DNA of 32,000 nt from Desulfobulbus propionicus DSM 2032 (GTDB taxonomy: Bacteria; Desulfobacterota; Desulfobulbia; Desulfobulbales; Desulfobulbaceae): positions 180,001 through 212,000 of the forward strand of contig NC_014972.1 of the NCBI RefSeq assembly GCF_000186885.1. Direction: 5' to 3'. Positions 1-9,242 of the stretch are shown piece after piece. The position numbers and the translations under genes were made by a program. Below the pieces are notes generated by a model, which saw nothing but the letters and a program-made list of their open reading frames with translations, did no database searches and was not told where the DNA came from. Positions within the stretch are counted from its first letter, which is position 1; each line of letters begins with the position of its first letter.

Positions 1-275
1 CGAAAAGGATGACTCTTGACCAGTCAGTTGGCAGAGTGGTTGGAAAATCAGGGCGAGAAGGATCTAGGGACGCTGTTGTCCAGTTTGCCTGGAACGCGAC
101 ACAAAAGAAGAGAGCGTGAAGCTGATGCCTTGTGTGTTTCGTGTGGCGTGAAAGAACCGAAAATCAGCTGCAGACAGGTTGCTGGGAGACAATGCCTATC
201 CTTCCACGCAGCTCACATAAATGCGCCCAAAAATGCGACTAAATAATATAAATAATTAAAAATAAAGATATTTAT

Positions 276-325
276 CAGGATTCCTAATCCTGGTGCCGCA
301 GGTTCGAATCCTGCCTGGAGCACCA
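276..325 (+). tRNA. 3' half of tRNA-Arg(CCU): anticodon arm to CCA; probable attachment-site core, not a complete tRNA
   Basis: Anticodon stem CAGGA/TCCTG around loop TTCCTAA (anticodon CCT), variable loop GTGCC, T-arm GCAGG-TTCGAAT-CCTGC, acceptor 3' strand CTGGAGC, then A-CCA. No D-arm or 5' acceptor strand in the AT-rich sequence upstream. Confidence 0.88.
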
Positions 326-362
326 CAAAAACAATGAGTTGGTCGATTGTCTAAAAACTAAA

Positions 363-382
363 AATTGACACTAATTGACACT
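363..382. repeat. Perfect tandem 10-bp repeat AATTGACACT x2, candidate integrase arm-type sites
   Basis: AATTGACACT AATTGACACT about 40 bp from the tRNA-derived core. Confidence 0.4.
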
Positions 383-386
383 CGTG

Positions 387-417
387 AAAAGCCGTAGCAA
401 GCCAAGCTACGGCTTTT
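387..417. terminator. Bidirectional intrinsic terminator
   Basis: Perfect 12-bp inverted repeat AAAAGCCGTAGC-aagccaa-GCTACGGCTTTT downstream of the minus-strand lysis genes. Confidence 0.85.
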
Positions 418-463
418 CTTTTTTGGCCATTTGCTCGTATTCATTCATACCCTTGCCGCCCTG

Positions 464-1000
464 TTACGCCTCGTTAACCGATATACTCCCAGTAGCGGAG
501 AGCAGAACCCTGCGCACATTAGGGGGGACTCCGATTTTGTATTGTCGGCGCACGGCTATGCATCTTGATTTTACAATTCGCTTTATAGATACCGCATCGC
601 CCTGATTTCCGCCGAGAACGTGGTAACAATCTGAGTCTTCACCGACATACAGGCCAACGTGCCCACCTGATCCTCTCTTAAAAACAAGTACATCTCCGAG
701 CTGTGCAGAAGGTGACTTTGTCCCCCATTTAGCCCAGGATCTTGCCCAGAGAGGACTGTCCGGCATATCCTTTCCAGACCGACGAGCCACAATGGCCATA
801 AACAGCCCACACCAGGGAATAGAATCAGCGTTGTAACCTGCAATGTTACATTCCTCCGCCCAGGCCAGGATATCTGGATTGTTTTCCTCCCCAACCACTT
901 CTTGAGTCCCGTAAAGCCTCAAGGCCTCAAGCAGCATTCTGGGGGCTGGCTCATTGGCTAACCACGCATACTCTTCAGGCAATTTTTGCGATCCTGTCAT
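464..1000 (-). CDS. TIGR02594/CHAP-like cell-wall amidase or endolysin
   Basis: Motifs IPWCGLFMAIVARRSGKD, LGDVLVFKRGSGGHVGLYVGED, YHVLGGNQGDAVSI are typical of this family; last gene of the late cluster. Confidence 0.75.
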   Translation of the reverse strand: MTGSQKLPEEYAWLANEPAPRMLLEALRLYGTQEVVGEENNPDILAWAEECNIAGYNADSIPWCGLFMAIVARRSGKDMPDSPLWARSWAKWGTKSPSAQLGDVLVFKRGSGGHVGLYVGEDSDCYHVLGGNQGDAVSIKRIVKSRCIAVRRQYKIGVPPNVRRVLLSATGSISVNEA

Positions 1001-1088
1001 CCTGTCCTCCTTCAGTACGTTTTCCTGTATCGTGCAGCGTTACTGTAGAAAAACTATCAATTAACCTTCCCATTTTTAATCATATCAA

Positions 1089-1349
1089 TCAAGCATCAAC
1101 CTTTTCGGCTCCTGATTGCTCGCGGGTCTGTTTGAGCTTTGTACGTCCCCACGCGTAGATTCCGACAAGCGCTGGCAACGCAATATCCCCGCCAAGCAGA
1201 CCATGGGATCTCACCTGGATAGCCTCAGCCTGCTGCTGCATATCGCTTAACATGGCGATTATCTCCTTGATGTCAACACCAAGGAACTGCATCCCAACAA
1301 TGGCAATTACGGCCCACACCATTTTTCCCTCGCTGTTTCGCTCCATCAT
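1089..1349 (-). CDS. Small membrane-associated phage protein, possible holin
   Basis: 86 aa with hydrophobic N-terminal segment (MVWAVIAIVGMQFLGV), beside the lysin gene. Confidence 0.4.
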   Translation of the reverse strand: MMERNSEGKMVWAVIAIVGMQFLGVDIKEIIAMLSDMQQQAEAIQVRSHGLLGGDIALPALVGIYAWGRTKLKQTREQSGAEKVDA

Positions 1350-1723
1350 TGCTCTCTCCTTTCCCCGTGTGGAGGGGGATAGATTTCAATCTTTCTTCGT
1401 TCAAGCCGCTCAAAAATAGCCTTGATATCTTCCTGCATTTCTCCGATCAGGGCTTGAATGACGGCGATGTTCGTCCGGATTTCCCCGGCCTGTTCCAACT
1501 GCTGCAGGGCCGCGGTGGACATGGACTGCTGCACGACCGTCAAAATTTCCTTTCGTAGATCGGCAACGATCTGTTCCTGGGTAGACTTGAGCGATTCAAG
1601 CTGTTGTTCGAACTCCCGGGATTTTCTGCCGGCTATAAAGGACCAGGTCGCCACGGCGATCAAGGCTGCGCTGATGGCGCCCAACACCTCACGCCACCAG
1701 CTTATTTCTTCACCTGTAGGCAT
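1346..1723 (-). CDS. Small protein with N-terminal TM segment and coiled coil (spanin or holin-like)
   Basis: MPTGEEISWWREVLGAISAALIAVATWSFIAGRKSREFEQQLESLKSTQ...; RBS-like GGAGAG before the ATG at 1723; overlaps the next gene. Confidence 0.5.
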   Translation of the reverse strand: MPTGEEISWWREVLGAISAALIAVATWSFIAGRKSREFEQQLESLKSTQEQIVADLRKEILTVVQQSMSTAALQQLEQAGEIRTNIAVIQALIGEMQEDIKAIFERLERRKIEIYPPPHGERREQ

Positions 1724-1837
1724 CTTCTCTCCTTCATGGTCTCGCCATAGAGCCCGGACAGTGTAGGCGACCCCGGCCTCCGGGCCGATGTTGCCCTCGT
1801 CCTGGCGTCCCAATGCTGGTTTGTCCCATCGGGGGTG

Positions 1838-2278
1838 CTATAGGGTGGCGGCCAGAGTAAAAAGATTGTCAATTTCTTCGTTGGTCAAACCCATTGCCCC
1901 GGCTATCGTGGTCAGCGTCGGCCAGTCTCTCTGTATTTCCTGCGCGTACTCCCACTCAATCCGCGCCCGGTCTCCAGCATCTCCCGCCATGTTGGCAACG
2001 GCGGCCTCTGCTTGGGTCAAGAGTCCGGCCTGAAGCAGGGCCAGCCGCGCCTGGCGCATGGTCACCGATGGCGGCACCGGATCATTGACGGCGGCAGGGC
2101 ATGGCGCGATTGCACCAAACTCCCCGGCCATGGCCCGCTGGTACAGATCGCGGTTGTAGTCCTGCGGAGAGTCTGGGGTGGCGTGGAATGGGATCTCGCC
2201 AAGCTCGGCGAATGTCGCCAGCAGGTCGACCCCGCCGGTAGGCGTGGCAACAGGTTTTTTTGCTGAAATAAAATTCAT
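1838..2278 (-). CDS. Hypothetical tail-fibre-region or tail-fibre-assembly-like protein
   Basis: 146 aa with N-terminal phage-like region and QARLALLQAGLL motif; located after the tail genes. Confidence 0.4.
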   Translation of the reverse strand: MNFISAKKPVATPTGGVDLLATFAELGEIPFHATPDSPQDYNRDLYQRAMAGEFGAIAPCPAAVNDPVPPSVTMRQARLALLQAGLLTQAEAAVANMAGDAGDRARIEWEYAQEIQRDWPTLTTIAGAMGLTNEEIDNLFTLAATL

Positions 2279-2285
2279 GGGGTCC

Positions 2286-2705
2286 TCATGCTATTTTTTT
2301 GGCCGCGACGATGTTGTGCAAGCCGGAAGCAGGCGTTGATGGGCTAAGGATTTTCCATGTCCCGGAAACGGTTACTGCCGATTTGTAGGCCACCACGTTG
2401 CCGTTGTTGGTGAAACTGATATTCACCAGCCTGAGAACCGTGCCGCTAATTAGGTTGCCTGGGGTGAGTGTGGTGGTTGCCGTATCGTGCGTGACCAGGG
2501 TCACGGTCCCCACATCGTCATAGCTGGTGTTCAGCGCGGTCACGTTGCTGACGTCAGTGTTGGCCAGCGTGACCGCGCCGGTCTTTCCGGCGACAGAAGT
2601 TACCGCGTCAGGGTCCAAATGGCCGACATTGCCCTGCGCATCAAACGCCATTACCTTGGCTCCCGCCCTTGTCAGCGACGGGTTGGTTGAGATGATATTT
2701 TTCAT
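2286..2705 (-). CDS. Tail fibre-like protein
   Basis: VTSVAGKTGAVTL motif common in phage tail fibres; Thr/Val-rich beta composition. Confidence 0.5.
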   Translation of the reverse strand: MKNIISTNPSLTRAGAKVMAFDAQGNVGHLDPDAVTSVAGKTGAVTLANTDVSNVTALNTSYDDVGTVTLVTHDTATTTLTPGNLISGTVLRLVNISFTNNGNVVAYKSAVTVSGTWKILSPSTPASGLHNIVAAKKIA

Positions 2706-2713
2706 TTTCCTCC

Positions 2714-4972
2714 TTAAAACAGGTAGACTCGATCGCCATCAAGAGCGATATACTCGCCATCGAGGGCAACGGCGTTTTGGTCGGCGTCGATGGCAACAGT
2801 GAGGCTCCACCTCTGCTGGCTGACAAGGCTCGCGCGAATGCTCTCAAGTTCAATCCTGACCGTTTCGACATCGGTGTGGCCGAGGGCGATTAGATCAGTG
2901 GTATCGCTTGTCCCGGTGATACCGGTTTGCTCCTTGAGCATCGCCCCCGTAACGGCGTCATAAACCCGGACAGCGTAGGTGACCCCGGCTTCCGGGCCGA
3001 TGTTGCCTTCGTCCTGGCGAACCAGGGTGACGGTCTGTTGCGTTCGATCCCGGTGCGCCCAGGTAATCGTTATGCCGTCCTGGATGTTGATCTTGTCAGG
3101 CCACCGCTGCCCATTGACCTGTACGTTGCCCGGCGGATAGGGCCGCATCATCCGCCCCACGCAGGTATGGGTGTCGGTGCTGGCGTCGGCCAGTTGCAAC
3201 CGCCCCTCGGCGGTGGACGGCAACAGCTTGATCTCCACCTGCTCGCCGACGGCGCGGTCGGTGCGGTCCAGGCCGAAGAACGATTGGTGGCACCACAGGA
3301 GGGTGCCGGCCGCATGGGCCACGGGGATGGTGTCGAGCACGCCCCGGTTGACCGTCAGGGTGCCATTGATGGCATCCATGGCGGTGATGGCCACCAGTTC
3401 GTCGCCCAATGCCGCATAGGTGCCGACCTTGACCAGATCGGTGTCGATATCCGCATCCTGCAACTGGATCACCGAGCTGATCTCCGGCGACAGCGGCATC
3501 GCCGTGGCGCTGACGAACGGGAAGGAGTCGGTATCCCGCTTGACGAACTCAGCGGCGCCCACGTTGCGGGTCCACATCTCATAGTTGAGGGCATCGCTGC
3601 TGGGGCGGTCGCAGCAGCAGGTGAGCATGGTGCTGTCGTCTTCCAGCTCGGCCAGCACGGCGGCGGACTCGCCGAAGAGGCGCACGAACTGCCACCAGGT
3701 GATTTCCTGGATTTTCCGCCGCACCGCATCGGCCGGCGCGGTCAGCGGGTTTGTCCACAGGCTTTCCGCCGGGGTGGTGATGGCCACCGGGCCCAGGCCG
3801 TAGACGTCGCGGGCCGCCTTGATGCGCAAGGTGCTGTCGGTGTACTCGCCGATCTCCACCTGGTTGACCCGCATGACCACGCCGGACAGGCCGATGGGCG
3901 GCCAATCGAAGACAAAACAGTCGCCGGGCTCAAGGCTCCAGTGCTTGCGGTTGACCGTAAGCGTGCAGGAGGCCAGGGGCATGGCCATCTGCTGGAGCTC
4001 GCGGGCCGCGATCTTGTGCGCCCACTCCTCGGTGGCGATGCCGGGCATTTCGACGGTGGCCTGGATGATCTGACCGCCGGCGCGGGTGATCCCGGCAATG
4101 TCCTGGACCGTGGTGGCCTGGGCCTGATTGGCCCGGTCCACCCATTTGACCGTCACCTGGTTGACCGCCTCGGCGGCTGAGGCAACGTAGTATTCCACCA
4201 GCTCCACCGCGCTGCGCTGGTCGATCACCGGCAACAGCGCCTTGGTGTAGTCGTTGCGGATCAGCTTGAGGGTGAGCAGGCCGGTGCGGTGGCTGAAATA
4301 GAGCACGCCGTCGATGTGGTCGAGGATGATGTTGAGGAAGTCCTCGATACTGCTGTCTCTGGCCCACAGGAGCGACAGGCCGAACCCCTCCTGCCGTGGG
4401 TCGGTGCCGGAGGCGAGAAAGTAGGCGGCGCTCTCGAACGAGGCTGTGTCCAGATCGGCCACCGGGTAGCCCAGCCCGCCCCAGGTGGTATTGGTCAGGG
4501 CCTCGTAGATGATGTGTGCCGGGTTCATATCCACGTATCCATCAGCGGCGACAATATCGGCCAGATCATCCCGCCAGCCAACCCTGGATCGCTGCCCCAG
4601 GATGGCCCACTCCTTGATGTACGGATTGTTGGCCGCCAAAAGGCACCGGCGGGCGATCAGTCCAAACAGCCCGCGGAATGCCGGAATATCATTGCCCAGT
4701 TTCTTTTGCAGATAACTGTTCTGCGGCTGGTCCGGCAGGCCAAAGCACACGTCGACATTGCCCTTGATGCCGCCTTCGCGGCCATCGCCGCCGAACAGGT
4801 TTGGCTTGCTGACGGCGATGGTCTGGTTGGCGGTCACCGCGCCTTCCCAGGCCCATTTGTCGCCGACCTTGATCTTGATGAGCTTGTCGAGCGCATGGCA
4901 GAACACCAGGTGCAGGCCCGCATAGTAGCGGTACCCGGTGACGTAACATTCATCCCCCTTGCCGCCGCCCAT
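2714..4972 (-). CDS. Tail tip/central fibre-type protein
   Basis: Large ORF with ALINTxW-like repeat domain, in tail-tip position; start ATG at 4972 overlaps the upstream stop (TGATG). Confidence 0.65.
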   Translation of the reverse strand: MGGGKGDECYVTGYRYYAGLHLVFCHALDKLIKIKVGDKWAWEGAVTANQTIAVSKPNLFGGDGREGGIKGNVDVCFGLPDQPQNSYLQKKLGNDIPAFRGLFGLIARRCLLAANNPYIKEWAILGQRSRVGWRDDLADIVAADGYVDMNPAHIIYEALTNTTWGGLGYPVADLDTASFESAAYFLASGTDPRQEGFGLSLLWARDSSIEDFLNIILDHIDGVLYFSHRTGLLTLKLIRNDYTKALLPVIDQRSAVELVEYYVASAAEAVNQVTVKWVDRANQAQATTVQDIAGITRAGGQIIQATVEMPGIATEEWAHKIAARELQQMAMPLASCTLTVNRKHWSLEPGDCFVFDWPPIGLSGVVMRVNQVEIGEYTDSTLRIKAARDVYGLGPVAITTPAESLWTNPLTAPADAVRRKIQEITWWQFVRLFGESAAVLAELEDDSTMLTCCCDRPSSDALNYEMWTRNVGAAEFVKRDTDSFPFVSATAMPLSPEISSVIQLQDADIDTDLVKVGTYAALGDELVAITAMDAINGTLTVNRGVLDTIPVAHAAGTLLWCHQSFFGLDRTDRAVGEQVEIKLLPSTAEGRLQLADASTDTHTCVGRMMRPYPPGNVQVNGQRWPDKINIQDGITITWAHRDRTQQTVTLVRQDEGNIGPEAGVTYAVRVYDAVTGAMLKEQTGITGTSDTTDLIALGHTDVETVRIELESIRASLVSQQRWSLTVAIDADQNAVALDGEYIALDGDRVYLF

Positions 4973-5217
4973 CAGACGCACCCCCCACGCTTGGCCGCCG
5001 CATCGCCTGCAATCGGCTCCCTGGTCCAACCGGTGGACGCGGCGAACTCCACCGCCGCGATGGCCATGGCGTCACCGGAGGCCAACAACAGCTCGGCATC
5101 CACCCCATCGTTCAGCACGTCCTGCCAGGCAATGCCCCGGCTGGCAAACCACCTGCGCATGCCGCGATTGCAGTATTCCAGTGCCCGGAAATGCCAGAGG
5201 TAAACACGCTTGTTCAT
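4972..5217 (-). CDS. Small hypothetical tail-tip protein
   Basis: MNKRVYLWHFRALEYCNRGMRRWFASRGIAWQDVL...; tightly packed between tail genes. Confidence 0.55.
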   Translation of the reverse strand: MNKRVYLWHFRALEYCNRGMRRWFASRGIAWQDVLNDGVDAELLLASGDAMAIAAVEFAASTGWTREPIAGDAAAKRGGCV

Positions 5218-5450
5218 ATTTTCTTGCCGCCTCCACAGGATTCGATCGGCGTGGTCTTGATGTCGCCGTACCACACGCAGTTGGTCTTGCTGATCAGTCG
5301 GGTGCCGAACAGCACCGGCACCGGACTGGAAGAGTCCACGGTGGTCGTTTCCACGTCGCCAGGCGTCGGGGTCACCTGTGTGTACGGCTTGGGCCGCAAC
5401 AGATAGGAGGCAACCACCAGGACCGCGAGCACCACATATTGCCAAGCCAT
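5214..5450 (-). CDS. Small tail protein with N-terminal hydrophobic segment
   Basis: MAWQYVVLAVLVVASYLLRPKPYTQVTPTPGDVETTTVDSSSPVPVLFGTRLI resembles the N-terminus of tip attachment proteins. Confidence 0.5.
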   Translation of the reverse strand: MAWQYVVLAVLVVASYLLRPKPYTQVTPTPGDVETTTVDSSSPVPVLFGTRLISKTNCVWYGDIKTTPIESCGGGKKI

Positions 5451-5459
5451 GCCGCCTCC

Positions 5460-6260
5460 CTACACCAATGCGTCGCCGCTGAACGGGTTCTTGGTGGGCA
5501 GATAGGGCAGCCCGCCATAGTTGACGATGTTGTTGAATTTGCCCCCGCAGTCATTCATGTCGTGGCGGCAGCCCGGCCACAGGGTCACCTCTGTCCCGGC
5601 CACCAGGCCGCCGATGGCATCGACCATGGTGATCGTCGCCCCCTCGTGGCCGTTGATCATCCGCAGTTCGGTCCCGGCCTGCAGCATGCCGCCGAGAAAA
5701 TACCCCGAGGCGAACGAGGTCAGCCCGTCGACGGTGAGCCTGCCGTCAATCACCTCCATCACGGTGCCGACCACCTTGCGGGCGTCGGCATTGATCCCGC
5801 ACGCGGCCGAGTAGAGCACATGCGGACACCCCACCTGGTACACCCGCCGCAATCCGGCCCGCTTGAACAGGGTGAAGGCCGAGTCGCTGGAAAGGGTGGC
5901 CACGGACCCGGCCCACTTGCAGCCGGTGATCCGGCCCTTCCAGAACAGCTGTTTCTCGCTGTCGCCGTGGTGCAGCCGGAAAATGGTCACGATCACCGTG
6001 CCGGCCAGCCAGCCGTCACGGAACAACAGGGCCACATCGTTGGCCGCGTTGATTTCGATGTCCATGGTGCTCCGCCGGGCATCGCCGCCCTTGGAGAACC
6101 CGCCGCGCTTGATGTAGACGGGCTGGTATTTCTCCTCAGCCAAACTCCCCACCTCATGGTCCGCGCTGGTGAACAGCCATTGCTGGGCGCCCACCGAGAA
6201 GCGGTACAACTCCAGCGGCTGGCCGGAAGAGTCGGATTCTTCATAGGTCGCGTAGCTCAT
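5460..6260 (-). CDS. DUF2163/BR0599-like phage tail protein
   Basis: MSYATYEESDSSGQPLELYRFSVGAQQWLFTSADHEV... with C-terminal GCRHDMNDCGGKFNNIVNYGGLPYLPTKNPF. Confidence 0.7.
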   Translation of the reverse strand: MSYATYEESDSSGQPLELYRFSVGAQQWLFTSADHEVGSLAEEKYQPVYIKRGGFSKGGDARRSTMDIEINAANDVALLFRDGWLAGTVIVTIFRLHHGDSEKQLFWKGRITGCKWAGSVATLSSDSAFTLFKRAGLRRVYQVGCPHVLYSAACGINADARKVVGTVMEVIDGRLTVDGLTSFASGYFLGGMLQAGTELRMINGHEGATITMVDAIGGLVAGTEVTLWPGCRHDMNDCGGKFNNIVNYGGLPYLPTKNPFSGDALV

Positions 6261-7822
6261 GGCAGCACCACGATCGGCAGGGTGACCTCGGCACACTCGG
6301 CGGTCACCCAATGGACGGTAATCTCATCGCTGTCCAGGCGGCACAGCTCCAGCCAGGCGCAGCGGTTGAGCGCTTCTGCGGACACAGCCACCGGCAAGGC
6401 GGCGTCCAGGGTCAGCTTTTCCTCGCCGCTGGCCAGGGTCTCCACGCCGAGCACCTTCCGCCGGATGATTGTCCCATCGGTGGTGATCAGTTCAAGGTGC
6501 TGGCGGGCCGCGCTGTCCTTGAGGGCGTACTCGTAACCGATCGGCTGGATGACGATGGACGATGCGCCCGCTTCCGCCGGCACCGAGAGCTCGAACCCCC
6601 GGTCATTGGCGGCCAGCCAGAACGGCGCCAGCCGGCCGCCCCTGGCCTTGAGAAAGGCGAGAAAGGTGTTGATGTCGGCCCGGCCGACCAGCAGGAACCT
6701 GGCATCCCGGCTCAACACCGGCTCCTCGGATTGCACATCGAACTCCAGCACCCCGGTGTCGTTGTCCAGCCGCACCCACTTGTTGTCGTAGCCCTCCTCG
6801 CCATCCTCCCAGCTCGGCACGAACGGACACAGCGGCACATCCAGATACAGCTCCACGGCGCCCCCGGACGGTTCCCAACCGTCGTCCGTGGCCAGCAAGC
6901 TGAGCCGATAATCGCCCACGTCCTCGGTGAACCTACTGACTCGCCGCTGCTCCAGGGAGAGGCAAGAGCGGCACGGCGCCATCCAAGCCAACCCGGCCTG
7001 CCAGTCCCGGCCGAACGGCGCATCCACCGCCAAATAGGTGGCACCCACGCCGGTGATGGTCCGCACCTCGGCGGTCTGCCAATCGGTCCACACCGCCACC
7101 GGCGTACCGATGACGAAATTGTCCGAGCCCTCGGTGATCGGGATGGTGGTGGCCCCGGCGGCAATATCGCCAGTCAGCCGGAACGCATCCCGCCAGATCG
7201 GCGCGAACAGGTACCGGGACTTGCGCATCCCCAGCCAGGTCTCCAGCTGGCGGCGGCCAGCCCCGGACACCAGCATCCGCACCTCCCAAGTACGCCGAGG
7301 CAGGGTACGCAACTGGACCCGCTGCTCGGTGCGGTCATGGGCAATCATCACATCCGTTTTCCAGGCCAGCGACTCATCCAGCCCGTTCTCCCAGTTGTGC
7401 GGGAAGAACAGATAGCCGATGTCGCCGGAGAGCTGCGGCGGCCGGGTGCCAAGGATGGTCCACAGCGGATCGTTTGTGGCCGTGGTCAAAAAGCTGAACA
7501 GGGCCTCGAAGATGGCCGGGCCTTCGGAGTCGACCGAGACAACGATCCTCTGGCTTGTGTGTGGCGCGATGGTCGCCGGAGTGGTCAGGTCAAGGCCGAT
7601 CCCCTCCACCTGGCCCGAGGCGTTAATTGCCGACACGGTCCGGGCAACGCTCTCGCCGTTGTGCAGATACACCGGAAACGCCTGATCCTTGGACACCAGC
7701 CCCATATCAAACCGTTCCGGCCGGATGTACCGGGTGAACAGCGCCGTCTCCAGGTTGGTTGTCCTGGCGCTCAACCCGGACAACGGCACCATGGACATTT
7801 GCATGATTGTTCCTACCGGCAT
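6257..7822 (-). CDS. Phage tail assembly protein
   Basis: 521 aa, conserved position between the DUF2163-like gene and the tape-measure region; ATGA overlap with the next gene. Confidence 0.55.
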   Translation of the reverse strand: MPVGTIMQMSMVPLSGLSARTTNLETALFTRYIRPERFDMGLVSKDQAFPVYLHNGESVARTVSAINASGQVEGIGLDLTTPATIAPHTSQRIVVSVDSEGPAIFEALFSFLTTATNDPLWTILGTRPPQLSGDIGYLFFPHNWENGLDESLAWKTDVMIAHDRTEQRVQLRTLPRRTWEVRMLVSGAGRRQLETWLGMRKSRYLFAPIWRDAFRLTGDIAAGATTIPITEGSDNFVIGTPVAVWTDWQTAEVRTITGVGATYLAVDAPFGRDWQAGLAWMAPCRSCLSLEQRRVSRFTEDVGDYRLSLLATDDGWEPSGGAVELYLDVPLCPFVPSWEDGEEGYDNKWVRLDNDTGVLEFDVQSEEPVLSRDARFLLVGRADINTFLAFLKARGGRLAPFWLAANDRGFELSVPAEAGASSIVIQPIGYEYALKDSAARQHLELITTDGTIIRRKVLGVETLASGEEKLTLDAALPVAVSAEALNRCAWLELCRLDSDEITVHWVTAECAEVTLPIVVLP

Positions 7823-7823
7823 A

Positions 7824-8141
7824 TTATGGCCTCATATAGGTGGTGAGACCGTACCGCCACTGGTCGATCATGCTAACCTCCCCGGTGGAATTGGCAATCG
7901 TCCAATGCACGACCTCGATCGGCACGGTGCTGGTGAGTGTTCCGGCTGCCGGAGTCCCAAGACCGCCTGCGGTGTAATCGGCGGTGGCCGGGATGTCGCG
8001 GTAGCCATCCACCGTTTTCGTAGCCGGGCAGAAGCTCACCCCGGACTCCAGCCCCGCATGGCCAGCAAACGGCACGACATGGCCGTAAATGGTCTGGTGA
8101 ATGATTTGAAGGCTGTGCCGCCAAAGCAGGTCTTTGGTCAC
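7824..8141 (-). CDS. Hypothetical phage tail-region protein
   Basis: 105-aa ORF packed between tail genes. Confidence 0.5.
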   Translation of the reverse strand: MTKDLLWRHSLQIIHQTIYGHVVPFAGHAGLESGVSFCPATKTVDGYRDIPATADYTAGGLGTPAAGTLTSTVPIEVVHWTIANSTGEVSMIDQWRYGLTTYMRP

Positions 8142-8144
8142 GGC

Positions 8145-8477
8145 TTACATCCGCATCAGGTTCCAGGGGAATGTCCGGCCCGTGCCGGCCGTCTGGGTGA
8201 TTGTGGCGGCAATCTGATCGCCGGAGGCCAGGGGAAGGGGCACCGAATGCCAGTTCTTGTCAACCTGTGCCCCGGAAATTGTCTCAACCTTGGCGTCCTT
8301 CAGGTCATCGGTTGGGCGGCAGGTGGTCTTGAGACGAATCTCCAGGGTGTCGCCCGCCTGGAGCTCCGAGGTGTCAACCTCAAGGATGTAAATGCCGATC
8401 CCGGTCAACTGCGCCAGGGAATGTTCGGTGTTGACGGTGGCGGCCTGGGCGCCGGATGCAACGGATACAACAGCCAT
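8145..8477 (-). CDS. Hypothetical phage tail-region protein
   Basis: 110-aa ORF packed between tail genes. Confidence 0.5.
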   Translation of the reverse strand: MAVVSVASGAQAATVNTEHSLAQLTGIGIYILEVDTSELQAGDTLEIRLKTTCRPTDDLKDAKVETISGAQVDKNWHSVPLPLASGDQIAATITQTAGTGRTFPWNLMRM

Positions 8478-8486
8478 GTTTTTCTC

Positions 8487-9242
8487 CTAACTGATTTTGA
8501 ACAATAAATTTGATGAGTTGTAGGCAAACAGATAGGTACTGCCGTTGATCGTGATCTGCTCGCCGGCCGCGTAGACGTTGCCCCGCCCCTGGGTATACAC
8601 CCCGGGGAGCATGCCAATCGGGATGAAATAGGCGGTGTTGGCGTCATAGACCCCGGCAAGGATGGGACAAGGAACAACGACGGCGTTGAAATAATTCGGC
8701 CACACCGTCCCCCATTCCTGACCCCATGAGGTCCACAGTCTTCCCGCTTCCGCCGCCGACCCGGCCGTTGACCACGCCCCGTCCTTGAGCAACGCCGACC
8801 GGTAGTATGGCTGGCTGCCGAACAGGCCATAAATCCTGGTTGCGCTTGAGGTATAACTCAGGGCCAGGCACGCGCCGCCACTCCATGTCCCGCATTTTTC
8901 GGTGACGGTGAACACCCCGCCCCAATGCACCGTTACCGATACCGAATAGAGATACTCACGGGAGAAATAGAGATTGTTCCCCACCGAATAAAAGCCGTAC
9001 TTGTAGCCGACCGAGAAGTTTTGATCCAACAGCACCGGACTGGTTGACCCGCCAACCGTGATCGAGCGGTTGATGGATGTGGCGTTGGAATATTCCGAGG
9101 TGAACTCGATCCCGGCCTTTGCCATAACCACTTTTGTTGTGGTGTTGACGGAAACAACCCAACCGTTATCTGCCCCAAAAGCGGCCAGGGCTGCCAGGTA
9201 GTTGGCAACCGTGTCGAATGTGCCTTCGTAATATGCGGCCAT
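8487..9242 (-). CDS. Tail-associated protein, paralogue of the upstream gene
   Basis: N-terminal YYEGTFDTVANYLAALAAFGADNGWVV parallels the next gene; TGATG start/stop overlap at 9242. Confidence 0.6.
   Translation of the reverse strand: MAAYYEGTFDTVANYLAALAAFGADNGWVVSVNTTTKVVMAKAGIEFTSEYSNATSINRSITVGGSTSPVLLDQNFSVGYKYGFYSVGNNLYFSREYLYSVSVTVHWGGVFTVTEKCGTWSGGACLALSYTSSATRIYGLFGSQPYYRSALLKDGAWSTAGSAAEAGRLWTSWGQEWGTVWPNYFNAVVVPCPILAGVYDANTAYFIPIGMLPGVYTQGRGNVYAAGEQITINGSTYLFAYNSSNLLFKIS

Noticed and set aside
16-246. 76-aa ORF or integrase C-terminus left of the tRNA fragment
   Set aside because: No recognisable integrase motif (R-H-R-Y) could be read in any frame, so the sequence left of the tRNA fragment is left unassigned.
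2927-4180. Long plus-strand ORFs over the tail-tip gene (also 4959-6536, 6311-7846, 10823-12649, 20302-20976)
   Set aside because: They are antisense shadows of well-supported minus-strand phage genes in high-GC DNA, with Gly/Arg/His-rich composition and no recognisable domains.
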